Shown here: positions 49,631-62,370 of the stretch, one piece after another
Numbering within the stretch: position 1 is the first letter of the stretch
Layout: every line of letters starts with the position of its first letter
DNA from: Lama guanicoe
Lineage: Eukaryota
Direction: 5' to 3'
Length of the DNA stretch: 64,000 bases
Assembly (NCBI GenBank): GCA_013239625.1
Contig: MU053559.1
Location: 2,153,205-2,217,204 of the forward strand
The notes under the pieces: generated by a model
Seen by the model: the letters and a program-made list of their open reading frames with translations, nothing else
What the model was told of the DNA's origin: nothing
Database searches by the model: none
Made by a program: the position numbers and the translations under genes

Positions 49631-50694
49631 CAGGCATACGTTTCAAAATGAGTTCCTCACTCGCAGTGACAGCTCCAGCATTTCTATTCCGGAAGGACAT
49701 AGGTACTGCATCTAAGTGGAATTTGGAGGTGGGGGCAGGCAATGGGATCTGTGGTGGGGCTTGCTTGAAGCTATATTTCCATTTCAAGTCCATCATTTTT
49801 ATTCAGCTTAGATATTTTAGGGGGATGGCTGGAGAGGGGGTGAGAGCTGATGGAGGTTATTAGAGAGGGTGAAATCCCCCTGCCTCACCTCCTCACCACA
49901 AACGCTTAGCAGACTGGGAAGAGCAAAGGAAAAAAGCTCTGAGCTGACCTTTCACTCCTATGTTTCAGCCCCCTGTCAGGTTTTCTCCTACATAGAGCTC
50001 GGAAATCAAGTCTGTCTTGCGCTCTCCTTCTCTCCCTCTTCTCCATCTCTCTCCTTTATCCACCTCACTCAATCCTTCATTTAGTTCCAGCTAACCTTGG
50101 CTTCTCAGTTCAACTTGGCAAATACTTACAGAGGACACTGTATGACCTCAGCATTCTCCTAGGTGATGGCGGGACAGAACAACGCACTGATAAGGGTACA
50201 AGTTGGGAACTGACAAGAGTTTAGGCTGGGAAGTCTTCCAGACTGATTTACATTTTAATTTGGGACTATTGAAGACCAAAAGCTAATTTAAGACAAAAGG
50301 TGGAAGCTATTTTAACCCAACAACTGGAGATGGAATTGAATGGGGGGAGGGCACAATGTGTACAGAGGATCCCATTCTGCACCTTTTAAAGACATACCGT
50401 CTAGGTATCATGTTATCTCAGAAGAAGAGAAAAATCTCTAAGGTCTTTGAACAGATTAAGATTCTGTGACTTTATGATTCTCAGTTGTAGCCAAGTCCCA
50501 TCTTGGAGGAGTAATTAGATTAAGTAAATTCTCAAGATTCTTTCCAGTTTCTGGAAGATTCTATCCTGCTGTTGTCCTTCACGTATTGAAATGATTCTGT
50601 CTATCATTCTTGAACATCCCACACTTGAACATTTCCTCTGTGCTAGGTGCAGAAGAGGATGGGCTGGCATTACCAGGAGTTAATGATTCCCTGG

Positions 50695-51094
50695 TGAATT
50701 GCTTTTCTAAGGCTGAAAAAAACCAGAAATGTATTGTTTCACAGTTCTGGAGGCTAGAAGCCCAAAATCAAGGTGCTGGCAGCGCCTCCATGGGAGGATG
50801 CTTTCTTGCCTCTTCTAGCTTCTGGGCATCCCAGGTGATCCCTGGCTTGTGGCAGCATCACTCTACCTCTGCCTTCATCTTCACATGTGTCTTCCCTCTG
50901 TGTCTGTATCTGTTCTTCTCCTCCAGTGAAAACAGCAGTCCTATTGGATTAAGGACCCACCCTACTCCAGGATGACTTAGTCTTAACTTACATCTTAATC
51001 ACCTCTGTAAAATCCTACTTCCAAATAAGGTCACTGTCACAGGTACTGTGGGTCAGGACTTACGTTTTGGGTGGATGCAATTCCACCCACAACA
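50695..51094 (-). mobile_element. MaLR solo LTR (MLT1B/C-like)
   Basis: TG...CA termini; CAGAAATGTATTGTTTCACAGTTCTGGAGGCTAGAAG...CCAAATAAGGTCAC; 5-bp TSD CCTGG/TCTGG. Confidence 0.88.
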
Positions 51095-51529
51095 TCTGGT
51101 GACCAACAATGTTTGTCTATGTCTAGGAATAAGGCTTTGATTGGCAGCCATAAATAGACCAAAACAAAATGGTCCATAGGCGAGGCAACCATGATTTGAC
51201 TCACCTGATGTGCTTATCAGTCGTACAAACCAGTTCTACATGTATTCATCCTATCACGTTGGCCCTTCCTTCCTTTGTTTTGTTTTGTTTTGTTTTGTTT
51301 TTGGTTCTTTCTTTTCTTTTATCATATAATGATATGGTTAAATATTTGGAGCTGGTAAATTTATGGGAAGATCTGGATCTGAAATGGTACTTTCCTGTGA
51401 GTATGGTAAATATTGAGGTACTCAACAGTTTATCACATACCCCAAAACTGTAAGAGAGAGCTCACCAAGGGTTTTGTAACTGAAGGATCTAGCACAGTAT
51501 TCAGGTTTCTATTTAGCTTTGAATTATAT

Positions 51530-51552
51530 GCACGCACATCCACACACACACA

Positions 51553-51585
<33 letters not shown>

Positions 51586-51593
51586 GCACGCAC
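51530..51593. repeat. (CA)n microsatellite
   Basis: Directly visible. Confidence 0.95.
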
Positions 51594-54339
51594 AGTTTTA
51601 TTTGGCTCACAGCATCAACATTTCAATCTGAGCATTATGTGGGTGGTATTGTCTTTGTCACCATTGTCTTGTGAGATAACAGGTCCCATTTTTCCCTAGC
51701 ACAAGGAGACCAATGAAAGTAACTGGCATTCTGCAAATTTGAGCCAGTGATGTTGCTCACTAACCTCAATCCACCAAAGTGAAGGAATTGAGTTCATGCT
51801 TTTCTTAGAACCAGAAGAGGAAGCTCTGGCAAAAGAGCTGTCCTGTCATCTTCTCTTCCCTTGTAAATCATCTCCAGGTCCGCAATTCCCAGTTCTCATA
51901 GGAAAGAAAGGAGAGAAGACTCTGCACTATGTTCAGGCTCACTATAAATGATAACACAGCCCAAAGAGTAAATGAATAAAGAAATAGTAAGTTTCTCATG
52001 GGGGAAAGCTAATGCCTTATAAAACTCTTTATACTGGGGTGAGGATCGGAATGGGAGATGCCAGTAGGATTAAGCTGCTACAACAAACATGTTTTGAATT
52101 GGAACCCCCTCTCCTTGGGTCTGCATGGGATGTTCAGATCTGTCCTTATCAATGACATTATAAAATGTTTTAAAAAACAAATGACGAGTGACACAGGATT
52201 CTTTGGAGACAGCACTTGTGTCCAGTTGCACTTTCTTATTATTCTTTTATTAAAAAATTGTTTTGCACTTTCTTATTTCAAGATCAGTGAAAAATTCTCA
52301 ACAGTACAGGAATGAAAAGGCAAATGTGAAAAGCAGTGATGTTTGGTCAGTGAGCAAGGGATTTGTAGTGGTGAAGCAAAATACGGATAAAGTTATTTAA
52401 ATTGTGCTTTTTATATAGCAGCATAATTCGGGCTTAGAAAGGATCTCAACTGTGATTTTTGTTGGCTCAGTTTTGACCTGAACAAAACGGATTTGCTGGT
52501 TTTGTTTCTTCTTTTTATTCAAATAGGACACACCCTCCTGGTTTTGAGAAATCTGATTGTTATCTCTTAGTTAGAACCATGCCTGATGAAGTTCTCGTTC
52601 CAATTTTGGATGTTTGATCATGCTGAATTCCTACCAAAGAGCTCAAGGGAGACTTAACTTGAAGGACAAAGATGATTGTCAAGTGAACTATGGATTAGGG
52701 TCTGAGTTTTTGATAGAAGTTCAATGAAAATAGTTTAGACAAAGGTAGATTCAATGAGGCAGACAAAAAACATGCTTTGGGGAATAAGCAAGGCAAAGCA
52801 AACACACAGGAACTTATTAAAGAAGCAAGCAGTGAGCAATTCATAACCAATATCTGATATATAATTTAAGACCCAAAGGTCACTTAATATCAACGGTGTT
52901 GCAACGCACAAGCGCAGAAAAATCTGGTTGGCAATTGTTCTCCAGCTTGCTTTAGCTTTTTTTTTTTTTTATTTCAGGAAAGTGTTTCTCCGGAGGAGCA
53001 CACACACAAAAATGTAAGAGTAAAATCGGATTTATCGGAGGCATTTGCTTGGATTAATTAGGTAATAAAAGCATTTTCAAATTGCTAATTTACTAAGCAA
53101 TGTCACTGGAATGCTGAATTACTTTACTTTTATTATGATGATCAAAAGAGATAAATGCAGGCCCGGCCACAAAACCAAAGCAGAGAGAAGAGAGGCAGCA
53201 GTCAATTCTTTGCATAATTACTGGTATTTGTCATCCTTGCCTTGAAGAGGGGATCATCAGTTTTTCTAAAGACTGTTTTCTTTGCTTGGGAGCCTCTTCT
53301 TCAGTCTGCTGTTTATCATGCACGTTGTCTTCATTTACCCAGCAACAAAGCCACTCCGAATATGCTTTTCATTAATTTAATGAATTTAATTTTGGTTCAA
53401 AATGTTAATTAAACAGTGTGCATTTCATTCTTATCAGGATAAAACTTAAAAAAAAAACTGCTTGGTTCTCAAGCGTTCGGTTAAATTACTAAAAGCAGAA
53501 TTGAAGAATAGGGTTAATCAGTGCGAAATTGAGCATTGTGAGCCGAAGGTTGATTTTGATAATCAATTAGAATTAATCTTCCTATTCGTTTAAGCAAACA
53601 CAAGCTCAAGAATCATGGCATCTCTAGCTTTTTTTATATGTAGGGAGAAATTTTTGCAAAAAACAAGTGTAAGAGGAAACAGAAAGAAAGTTTGTCTCAG
53701 AGAAAAACGCTAAAGAAAAAAGCTGCCAGACCAGATATTCCATCACGAGAAAATGAATGAGAATTTTATTATTTCTTGGCTTAAAAAAAAATAAATCTGT
53801 CCTTTGCCAAATCTAAGAATGTTGCCAACCTGGAAGAAAAAGGATCCATTTTCCTACATAACCACATTTAATAATTTCCATGAAATTGACATTTTAGAAC
53901 TATGGCAAAAAGCCAAATTAAAACTTGCGGGTTCCTAAGCCCTAAAATCTGAACTCATTTTCTTAAGCAAGACCTACAATACACTTTAAAACGAATCCAA
54001 TTAATGTAATTACAGAAGGCTTAAATAACGCATACACGCTGGATCTGTTTCTGTAAAACACAGCTGTTCTGTTATTTATGTTTTGCTATTTTTAAAAATT
54101 AGAGATGTGGCCATACATATCAAGGAACTTTTTAAAAAGAGCGAATCTGTTGTCTTCTGCATCATTGAATTAAAAAAAAAAAGCCCCCACAACCAGTTAG
54201 CGTGGACATCTTATAGTCATGCTTCTGAATATCGCTGCGGTGGTAACACGGGAAGCAGCACATCCAGGTATTTCATGTAACAGAAACAAGGCACAGGCAG
54301 CAACTTGTATCCCGTGGCAGTTGACATGCTAATTTCTTC

Positions 54340-55870
54340 GCCTCCTCTCTCCGGCACGCTCCACCCCGCTTCACCAACCCCCTTCCTCCCCCCCACCCCA
54401 GACCCGAGGCACCCTCGGGGCCGTGGAAGGTGCCTTGCGGGGAGTGAAGAGGTACCGGAAGAGCGAGGGCAGAGCGCCTGGTACCCACACCCTTGGCGGC
54501 GGGGCGAGTGCGGGCGGCCGCCGCCGGCCGGGGGAGAGGGGAGCGGGTTAGGAGCGCGGGGTGGAGGCGGAACCCCTCCACCCTTCTCCGCCGCGGTCAC
54601 GGGATCTGCGGCACGAGGCGCGGGGCACAGGGCCCGGGCGAGGATGGGAGGCGGGGGGGAGGACGAGGGGCGGAGCGCAGCGCGGCGCTGCGCGGGGCGG
54701 CGGGAAAGGGGCGGGGAGGACAGCTCAGGCTCCGGCGGGCAGAGGGACGGTGGCAGAACCTGCGGGCTAGGTGGGAGGCTCACCCTCGGGGAGGAAGGGA
54801 AGCGAGGAGCGCCGCCGCGGAGCAGCGAGGAGCCGCTGGGAGGCCGGGGGTCGGGCCGCCGCCGCCGCCTCCTCCTGCAGCCGAGACAGCGCAGCCGGCG
54901 GGCGCACCAGCCGCAACGGCTACCCTGCGCGCAGGTGGGCACCCTCGAGCTCGGCGCTCGGTCCCCTCCCGGGCCGCCGCGAGCCGGATGCCATCCCTTC
55001 CAGGCCACTGAGCTCGAGGACGAGGGCTGGCCAGGTTCGGGGGCCGGAGGACGGCGCACGGCCCCTGGGTGTGCACGCTTGTGTGCGCGCGCGCTGTGCT
55101 AGGTGGGGAAGAGGTGCCGAAAAGCTTCCTCCCTCGGAATTCACTCCCTCGGGGCTCCCTGCCGCCACCCCAACCCTCTTCGGACGAGCTGACCACCCGA
55201 GCGGCTTGGGAAGACTGCGCCTCCCCCTACCCTCGCCTGCAGTCTCGCTGGTGTGTGCGGTTCGCCCCCCTTTTCGCGATCCCCACCCAGCCACCATAAG
55301 GACGCCCCTACTCCGGGCCCGCGGGACTGTAGGAACCTTGGGGGCGGGGGAGAGGGGTGGCAGGACCAGCCGGGGCGTGTGCGGGAAAGGCAGGAGTTGC
55401 TCGAGTATTGTCTGCCGGGGCGGGTGCCTGAGTCCGCGCGCTCCCCTCGCGCTTTCAGGGCCAGAGGTGGTGGTGTTGGGTGGAAGGGGGGGCGGGAAAT
55501 GGGTTTGCTGAACTTATCTCCGGAGGCTGACTGCGTACACGCACTTGGCGCCTTGTGCACGTTTGGACCAGGGCTTAATGGAGGCACGTGGGAGCAGGCT
55601 TGGTCGCTGGCGGGCCCCCAAAAGAGCCTCTTGGGATGGCCCAGCGCGCGTTCGGGGTTGGGAAGGAAGGGAGAGTGTGAGTGTGAGTGTGTGTGAATGT
55701 CCGTCCTAGGGAGGCGGAGGAGGAGCGTGGCTCAAGGAGACTTCATTTTCCTGGATTTGCTGCAGTTCCTTAAACCCAGCCAGGCTTTCGGGGCGTTAAA
55801 GTAAATTACTGGTAAGTGGGGACGGGTCCCTGGTGGGGCTAAAACGGCCCCCGGGTTGGTCGGGTAGCGG
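54340..55870 (+). promoter_or_regulatory. CpG island / TATA-less promoter of an unidentified gene
   Basis: Abrupt GC- and CpG-rich segment in an otherwise CpG-depleted window; GC boxes GGGGCGGAG (~54667) and GGGGCGGGG (54708-54716); (GCC)n tract; strand inferred from downstream splice signals. Confidence 0.88.
54800..54934 (+). other. Candidate non-coding first exon
   Basis: Lies just downstream of the GC boxes and ends at CAG|GTGGGC; start approximate. Confidence 0.45.
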
Positions 55871-56039
55871 GTTCGGCAGGCCTGCTGGCTGGGTGGCTTC
55901 TGGCCCTCCCTCGCCTAGGGGTTGGGGGTGGGGGGATAAGCTGCTGGAGCTGGGACACTTGTCCTGGGTAGACTGTGGGACTAGGAGGAGGCCAACAGCT
56001 GTGCGGTGCTGTCTGTTACTCTCAATTAACTCTGAAATC

Positions 56040-56071
56040 TCAGTGTCTGTCTGTCTCTGTTTCTTCCTCTT

Positions 56072-56108
<37 letters not shown>

Positions 56109-56110
56109 AC
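56040..56110. repeat. (CT)n(CA)n compound microsatellite
   Basis: Directly visible. Confidence 0.9.
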
Positions 56111-56334
56111 CCTGGCGTAGTCTGCTTGTCTGTCTGTCTCTGTCTCTCACTCACATCCACACCGCACCACACACAGCCTGGTTTGATCTGTTATTCTAAA
56201 TTAACTCTAGAATCTCAGTGTGTGTGTCTGTCTGTCTCTCCTCCCCTCTCCACACATCCCTCTCATCTCATGGTTGCTTTGACTGGTAGTTGTTGCTCAT
56301 GGATTTTTATTCATCTACGTTTAAAATTTTTTTT

Positions 56335-56415
56335 AAGGTGGGGGTACTGGGAATTGAACCCAGGACCTCACACATGCTAAGCATGAGCTCTACCACTGAG
56401 CTCTACCCACCCCCC
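56335..56415 (-). mobile_element. tRNA-Ala-derived SINE, head-only copy
   Basis: GGGGTACTGGGAATTGAACCCAGGACCTC...CTACCACTGAGCTCTACCCACCCCC; lacks the AAACCTAATTACC tail. Confidence 0.85.
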
Positions 56416-57020
56416 ATTTTTTTAAGATAAAATACCTACCCGTATTAAAATCTGTGGGGTGTCAGAAAGACCTTTCAGCACTCACCCACATTCAAATCAA
56501 GAATAGGGCCTTATGATGAAAATGCCCCACCTAATTGCTGTTTAGACTGGACAAAGCTCTAATTGGTGTTAGCATTAATATTATTTTAAATAGACATTTT
56601 ACCACCATGTGACAAAGTCATCTTTGCCTAGATCTTTCCCTCTTTTTGTCTTTGCAGCAATTTACAGAATTCTTAATTACCCGATTAACAAAATCGTCAA
56701 GTTGTCTTCTAATTTTAAAGGAAGGGTCTTGAAATGCGTTGTAGGTTGGCGTGAAAATGGTTCTGTGACTCCGTCTCTTTAATGACCTGATCAGAGTGGT
56801 GTTGATCTGAGACTTATCTATGGTTCAATTTCTAGATAATTTTATCAAACCATTGCGGGAGAGGGACACCTCACCAGTTTTCCACACAGAGGAGAAGGAA
56901 CACTTTGATCTCTTGGAGCAAATATTTTGCCACTTTGCCTCCAATTGTCCCTGACAGATGCCTAGGAAAGATTCGTGGTTGATGAATAATACATGGCTTA
57001 TTTCGCTTTTACGTCTACAG

Positions 57021-57122
57021 GTGGCAGTGTAGAAGCCAAGACGGGAGCTTCCAGAAGTGGCTTCCGAAAAATAAGAGTGAATATACCCGAGTAAGCAAGC
57101 ACAGGGGTCTGAAAAACCACAG
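57021..57122 (+). other. Candidate internal 5'-UTR exon
   Basis: Acceptor TTTCGCTTTTACGTCTACAG|G; donors CGA|GTAAGC (after 57090) and CAG|GTATGT (after 57122); no ATG. Confidence 0.55.
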
Positions 57123-58504
57123 GTATGTAGAGCAATTAATCCATCTATCCAGCTTTATAATGATTGCATTCCAGAATCTTGACATTTACATAGACTTTTA
57201 TGAAGTGTAATGTATCTTGAGGTCTTCTCAAAGGAGAAAACAAGTGTATTTTATTTCAGACAGTGTATTTAAATACAAATACTGCTTGTTATTAAACTGC
57301 ATTACTTTTGACTGCTCGAAAACAGGTGCCCACGTGCCTTTGCATTTAACCCGTTGTTTCTTGGTCCCTGCTTTTAAAGGCACTTCCCCGGAAACTGTAT
57401 AAAACTGCCAGTTTTATTGTTCTGAATAAATTACTTTGGGACACTGTTACCAAAATCACTGGGTTGAGCCAGCAGAATGGTAAATTTGCTTTTTCCAAAA
57501 ACGGTGTCTCACTGTTGACTGCACATCTCACTTATCAGAATACCGATGCATTAGGCGGCCTCTTTTAAACCAGCCCTTCTGTTTTTAATGCATTTTGTCA
57601 TTCTTCCCTACCTTGCTGCTTTTCCAAGCCCAGCGTGTCAGAGATACCTTCCTAATTCGCCCACTTGACTCAGCTAACGGCGGGGTTAATATGGGATCAA
57701 AGACAATCAAGGTCTCAATTTCAGAAAGTTTTTCCTTGTGACGCAATTCAAAAGAATTTGCCTTGGGTCATCATTAAATGACAAAGTTTGGCCTATTAAA
57801 ACCCTTTTTCACCCACTGGCTAGCATACTATTATGAATAGTAAAAGAAGCCAGAGCAGAGGGCAGAGTTCACCTTTGTGGATTTTTATTCTCTTTCCTTA
57901 AATTTGTGGGCCAGAGCTAATGGTGCCTTTTTTTTCACAGGGAAACTAAAGTTACTATGATGGTGGTTGTGCATGGGCGGCGGGGATCAAAATGGCAGTT
58001 ACGAGAATGAAGCTTTCTCTTTCCTGGGGTGGGGGGGGTGTATGCCTTCATGCATTGCCAGAACGTGGTGATACCTTGTGATTTTTTGACATTCTGCCTT
58101 TACAGCTGTGGAGGGGTTTGTTTAGCCCCTGCCAGTGAGAGTGTCAAACAAATCAGATACTGTTTTTGACGCTTAACTTAAAGATCAAATGGGACACTTT
58201 ACCAATAGAAAGCACGCTGAGGGCTCTAAAGACTGAAAGGGTTGTTTACTGGAAAGATCGCATGGAGATGGAGTGGCTTCAGGAAAGCCCACAGACCTTT
58301 AGGAACACGGGAATTTGCACTGTGTGGGATTTGAATTCATTATCTGACTCAGTAAACTGGGCAGTAACTCATCCTCGCCCCGTGGGTCTAAGAGGAGTAG
58401 GGTCTAATCCAAGTTAGAAAGAAAAAGCACAGCGTTGAGATTTTATTCCTTTTTGGAATTAGAGCATTCTCATGATAGAGACACCAGGTGCTTTAGAGAT
58501 GTTC

Positions 58505-60340
58505 TATTTTATTTTTGAGATATAACATATACACAATAAAGTGTACAAAATGCAATCATCTAAAGTGTACTGCTCAATGAATTTTTACATGTGTATATAC
58601 CCATGGGACCCCTACCCAGGTCAAGATAGAGAACATTTCCAGCACCCCAGAAGAGTTCTTCCTCTTTCCCCTTCTGGTCAGTTTTCATCCCACTGCCAAG
58701 CTGAAGGCAACCACATTGTGATTTTGTTTTCACATTGTGATTTTTACAAACTCCAGCCACTAGTTTAATCTGCTGTTAACCCCCATATAAATAATATCAC
58801 ATGGAAGGGACTCTTGTGTGTGTGTGTCTTTTTTTACAGAACATAATGTCTTTGAGATTCATCCATGTTATGCGTATTTGTAGTTCGTTCTCGCCTATTG
58901 TTGAGTAGTAATTCCATTCTATGGACATACCACAATGTGTTTAACCATTCTGTTGGTTTGTTGGATTATTTCCAGTGTTTGGCTAAAATGAGTAAAGGCT
59001 CTATGAGTATTCTTGTGGCTTTTGGTGCACACACTTACTTCTTTTGAGCATATACCTAGGAATGGAATTGCCTGCTCACAGAGAAGGCTTATATTTAGCT
59101 TTAACAGATACTGCCAAACAGTTTTCCAAGAGGGTTGTAACAATTTAAATTCCGTCGGTAGTGTACCAGGGTTCCAGTTGCTCCACATTTTCACTAACAC
59201 TTAGTTTTATCAGTCTTTTTTAATTTTAGCTAGTTTTGTGGGGGCATAGTGCTACCTCCTTGTGGGTCTTTAAACTTTTTAAAAATTTAAAATTGTGGCA
59301 AAATAGACGTAACGTAAATTTACCATTGTAACCATTTAACAATGTACGCTTATTGGTATTAAGTACATTTACATTGTGGTGAAGCCATTACCTCCATCCA
59401 TCTCCAGAACTCCTTTTGTCTTGCAAAACTGAAACTGTTCCCATTGAACAATCACTCTCCATTATCTCTTCCCCCAGCCTCCGGCGACCACCATTCCACT
59501 TTCTATCTATAAATTTGACTACTTTCAGTTCCTCATATGGGTAGGATCATAGAATATTTGTTCTTTGATAACTAGTTTATTTCACTTAGCATAATATCCT
59601 TAAGATTCATTCATGTTGTAGCATGTGTCAGAATTTCTTTTCTTTTTAAGGCTAAATAACATTCCATCGCATGACTCTACACCACATTCTGTTACTCCAT
59701 TTGTCTGTCGGCAGACACTTGGGTCGCTGCTGCCTTTTGGCTATTGTGAATAATGCTGCTAAGAACATGGGTGTACAGATATTTCTCTGAGACCCTGGTT
59801 TTATTTTGGGGGTACATACCTAGCAGTGGAATTGCTGGATCACATGGTAATTCTATTGCAATTTTTTAAGGACCCACCATACTGTTTTCCATAGCCACTG
59901 CACCATCTTGCATTCCCAAGAACGTACAAAGGTTTCAGTTTCTCCACACCCTTGCCAATGCTTGTTATGTTCTGTTTTTTTGTTTTTTTGTTTTTGTTTT
60001 TGTTTCTTTGATGGTAGCCATCCTAATGGGTGCGAGATGGTCCTTGTGGTCCTACTTCGTGTTTCCTGGTGAGTAATGTTGTTAAATGCCATTTCAGTTA
60101 CTTCTTGGCATTTGGATACCTTTTGGTGAAATTCCTGTTAAAATCTTTTGTCTTTTTCTTTGTTCTTTGTCAGACTTCTTTTATCTTCTGCACATGAGTC
60201 CTTTGTTGGATGTATGTATTGCAGATTTTTTCTCCCAATCTGGCTTTTCTTCTCATTGTCTTCATGGTATTTTTTTTGATGATTTTTAATAATCCATTTT
60301 TTATGGCTATTGCTTTCTGTGTTCTTTGCATAAAATCTTT
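58505..60340 (-). mobile_element. Ancient antisense L1 (L1MC/ME-like) with a second L1MB-like 3' end at ~59275-60090
   Basis: Two successive L1 3' termini (58505 and ~59275); reverse-strand ORF2 remnants WKTVWQYL and WKTVWWVL. Confidence 0.85.
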
Positions 60341-60699
60341 GACCCCTTTGGGGTTATTTTTTAAAAAAAACCTTCCCTTTTAGTTAACTGAGAATATATA
60401 AAGGCAATCAGTTTGGATGCAGGAAATTAACCAGAAGTGTATTTCCAAAAAAGCACCCTAATGATGAAAGTTAGTGATGTTCTTTGCTGCAGCAGTTGCC
60501 AGGAGGGGTTTGGAAAAAAGTGTGTTTTTCAATAAAATACATGGACACAGATGCTCTGACTCTAGTGGCTCCTGTTGCCTTCTCCTCCCCCCAGTTATGA
60601 CCTCAGGGTCCCTCTAAAGTGGGAGGAACCCTAGGGAAGAGCCCAGTGGATGATGACTTGGCCAGAGGAAAGAGTGTGGCAAAATGGATGGTCTCCAAT

Positions 60700-61880
60700 T
60701 TTTCCTTAATTGTCATCCAGACTTTCTGAATGATCCTTCTCTGCCTCTCTTCCATCCCCAAAGGAGGGTTGACCCTTGTTTGTTGCTACTTCTTTCCTTT
60801 GCCTCTGAAATATCTGCTGCTTTCTCGTCTCCATCTGCATCTTTCCCCTGAATGCCTCGTGTCCACGTTTGCTCTTGTCTTGAGCTGTCCCTCTCCCCCT
60901 GCCCTGTGTCCTGAAGATTCCCCAGGTCTTAGATCTCCTGCTCCCACCACCCATCCCTCAATGCAAGGTCCAGGTCATGTTCTTACTTGCCTCTTAATCA
61001 TCTCCCACTAGATACCCCGGCAACTTTATAAAAGATATCCATTTTTTCCTTTCCAGTCTGCTGTTCTGCTGTTACGCCTTCATTAATATATTTGCTATTC
61101 ATCTAGGATCCCAAAGTAGAAATCTTGGCACTGCCCCCGATCCTCCCATGCAACTTCTATCACCCTCATAGCCCAGATTTAGTTGGTTGTCAAGGCTGCT
61201 GGGTCCTTCTTCTGTCTCTGAAACATCATTCAAAGGCATCTTCTCTTCTCTATATTTGCTACCTTGTGGTTCAGGTCCCCCATGGGCTTGTAATAATAGC
61301 CTCCCAATTGATCTCCCCGATTCTTCCTCTCACCTCTAATCCTCCACCTGTCATCAGCTTTCTTTTCCTAAAAGACAGATTTAATCATGTCATTTCCTCC
61401 TAAAAAATGATTTGTAGCTCTGCACGCCCCCGAGAGGCATTCAAATCCCGTCACCTGATTTACAGTATGACACCCTTCATTATTTGCCTTCAACCTGCTT
61501 CTCCGGCTCTGTCATCGGCCGTTTCCTCCCCGCAAGCCATCTGTCTTAAACTATTTTCCATTCCTAGAACATTCCTTGAGTTCTTTCCTGCGTCTGTGCT
61601 TTGGCACACGCTGCTGCTTCTACTTCGATGTCTGTTCCTGTCCACTGGTGACTTCCCAGTTTTTTCCCTTTAAAGCCAGCTCACACATGACCTCTTCTTT
61701 CGAGCAAGCCTTCTTTTCCTCGAAGTCGACCCTGTTATTCATACTTCCTTCGGTGCAGTTAGAGGCATGATTCCGTAATTGCAGGCACTAGCGCATATTA
61801 ATCCTTATACCCCCAGAACACTGCTGCGGATATGGAAGGCATTTAACAAATGTTCACTAAATAAATAATTCATGAAGAAG
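60700..61880 (+). mobile_element. L2 LINE fragment
   Basis: Pyrimidine-rich L2 body (AATAGCCTCCCAATTGATCTCCC, TTCCTAAAAGACAGATTTAATCATGTCA) ending AACAAATGTTCACTAAATAAATAA. Confidence 0.7.
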
Positions 61881-61889
61881 CTTAACAAA

Positions 61890-62370
61890 GCACCGCAATA
61901 TTGGTTCGGTTAGTGGTTTAAAACAACCAGCATTTAGTTTGCTCTTGACTCTGTGGGTTGGCAGTTTGGACAGGACTCAGCTGGACACTTCTTTGGATCT
62001 GGGCACGTTTTCTTTGCTGGGTGAGTTGGGGGATGGCTCCTTCGGGGTGGCCTCAGCTCCTCTCCACATGATTTCTCAGCTTTAACCAGGCTAGCCTGGA
62101 CTTGTTAACACTGTGGGTGGCAGGGTTCTAAGCGAGTGTGGAGGCATGCAGGATTTCTTGAGGGCTAGGTTTGCAATGGGTACCAGGTTACTTCCTCTGA
62201 ATTCTCTTATCCCAAACAAGTCACAAAGCCACCCCTGATTCAGGAGGTGGGGAAATAGATTCCCTCTCCTGAAGGGAGGAGCTGCAGTCATGTCGCAAGG
62301 AGCAGAGAGAGAGAGAGAGAGAGGGATGGCGAGAGAGAGAGAGAGATTAATTACAGCCATTTTTACACTT
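61890..62370 (-). mobile_element. MaLR LTR (MLT1-type) containing a (GA)n tract
   Basis: TTAGTGGTTTAAAACAAC...GACTCTGTGGGTTGGCAG...AAGTCACAAAGCCACCCCTGATTCAGG...CAGCCATTTTTACA. Confidence 0.8.

Noticed and set aside
54217..55696. Long overlapping ORFs (up to 280 aa) on both strands
   Set aside because: Low-complexity Pro/Arg/Gly/Ala translations expected from stop-poor GC-rich CpG-island DNA; no recognisable domain
54340..57122. Assigning a gene symbol to the promoter (an RHOBTB1-like layout of two non-coding exons ~2 kb apart came to mind)
   Set aside because: No coding sequence in the window and I cannot verify the UTR sequence; needs BLAT or synteny
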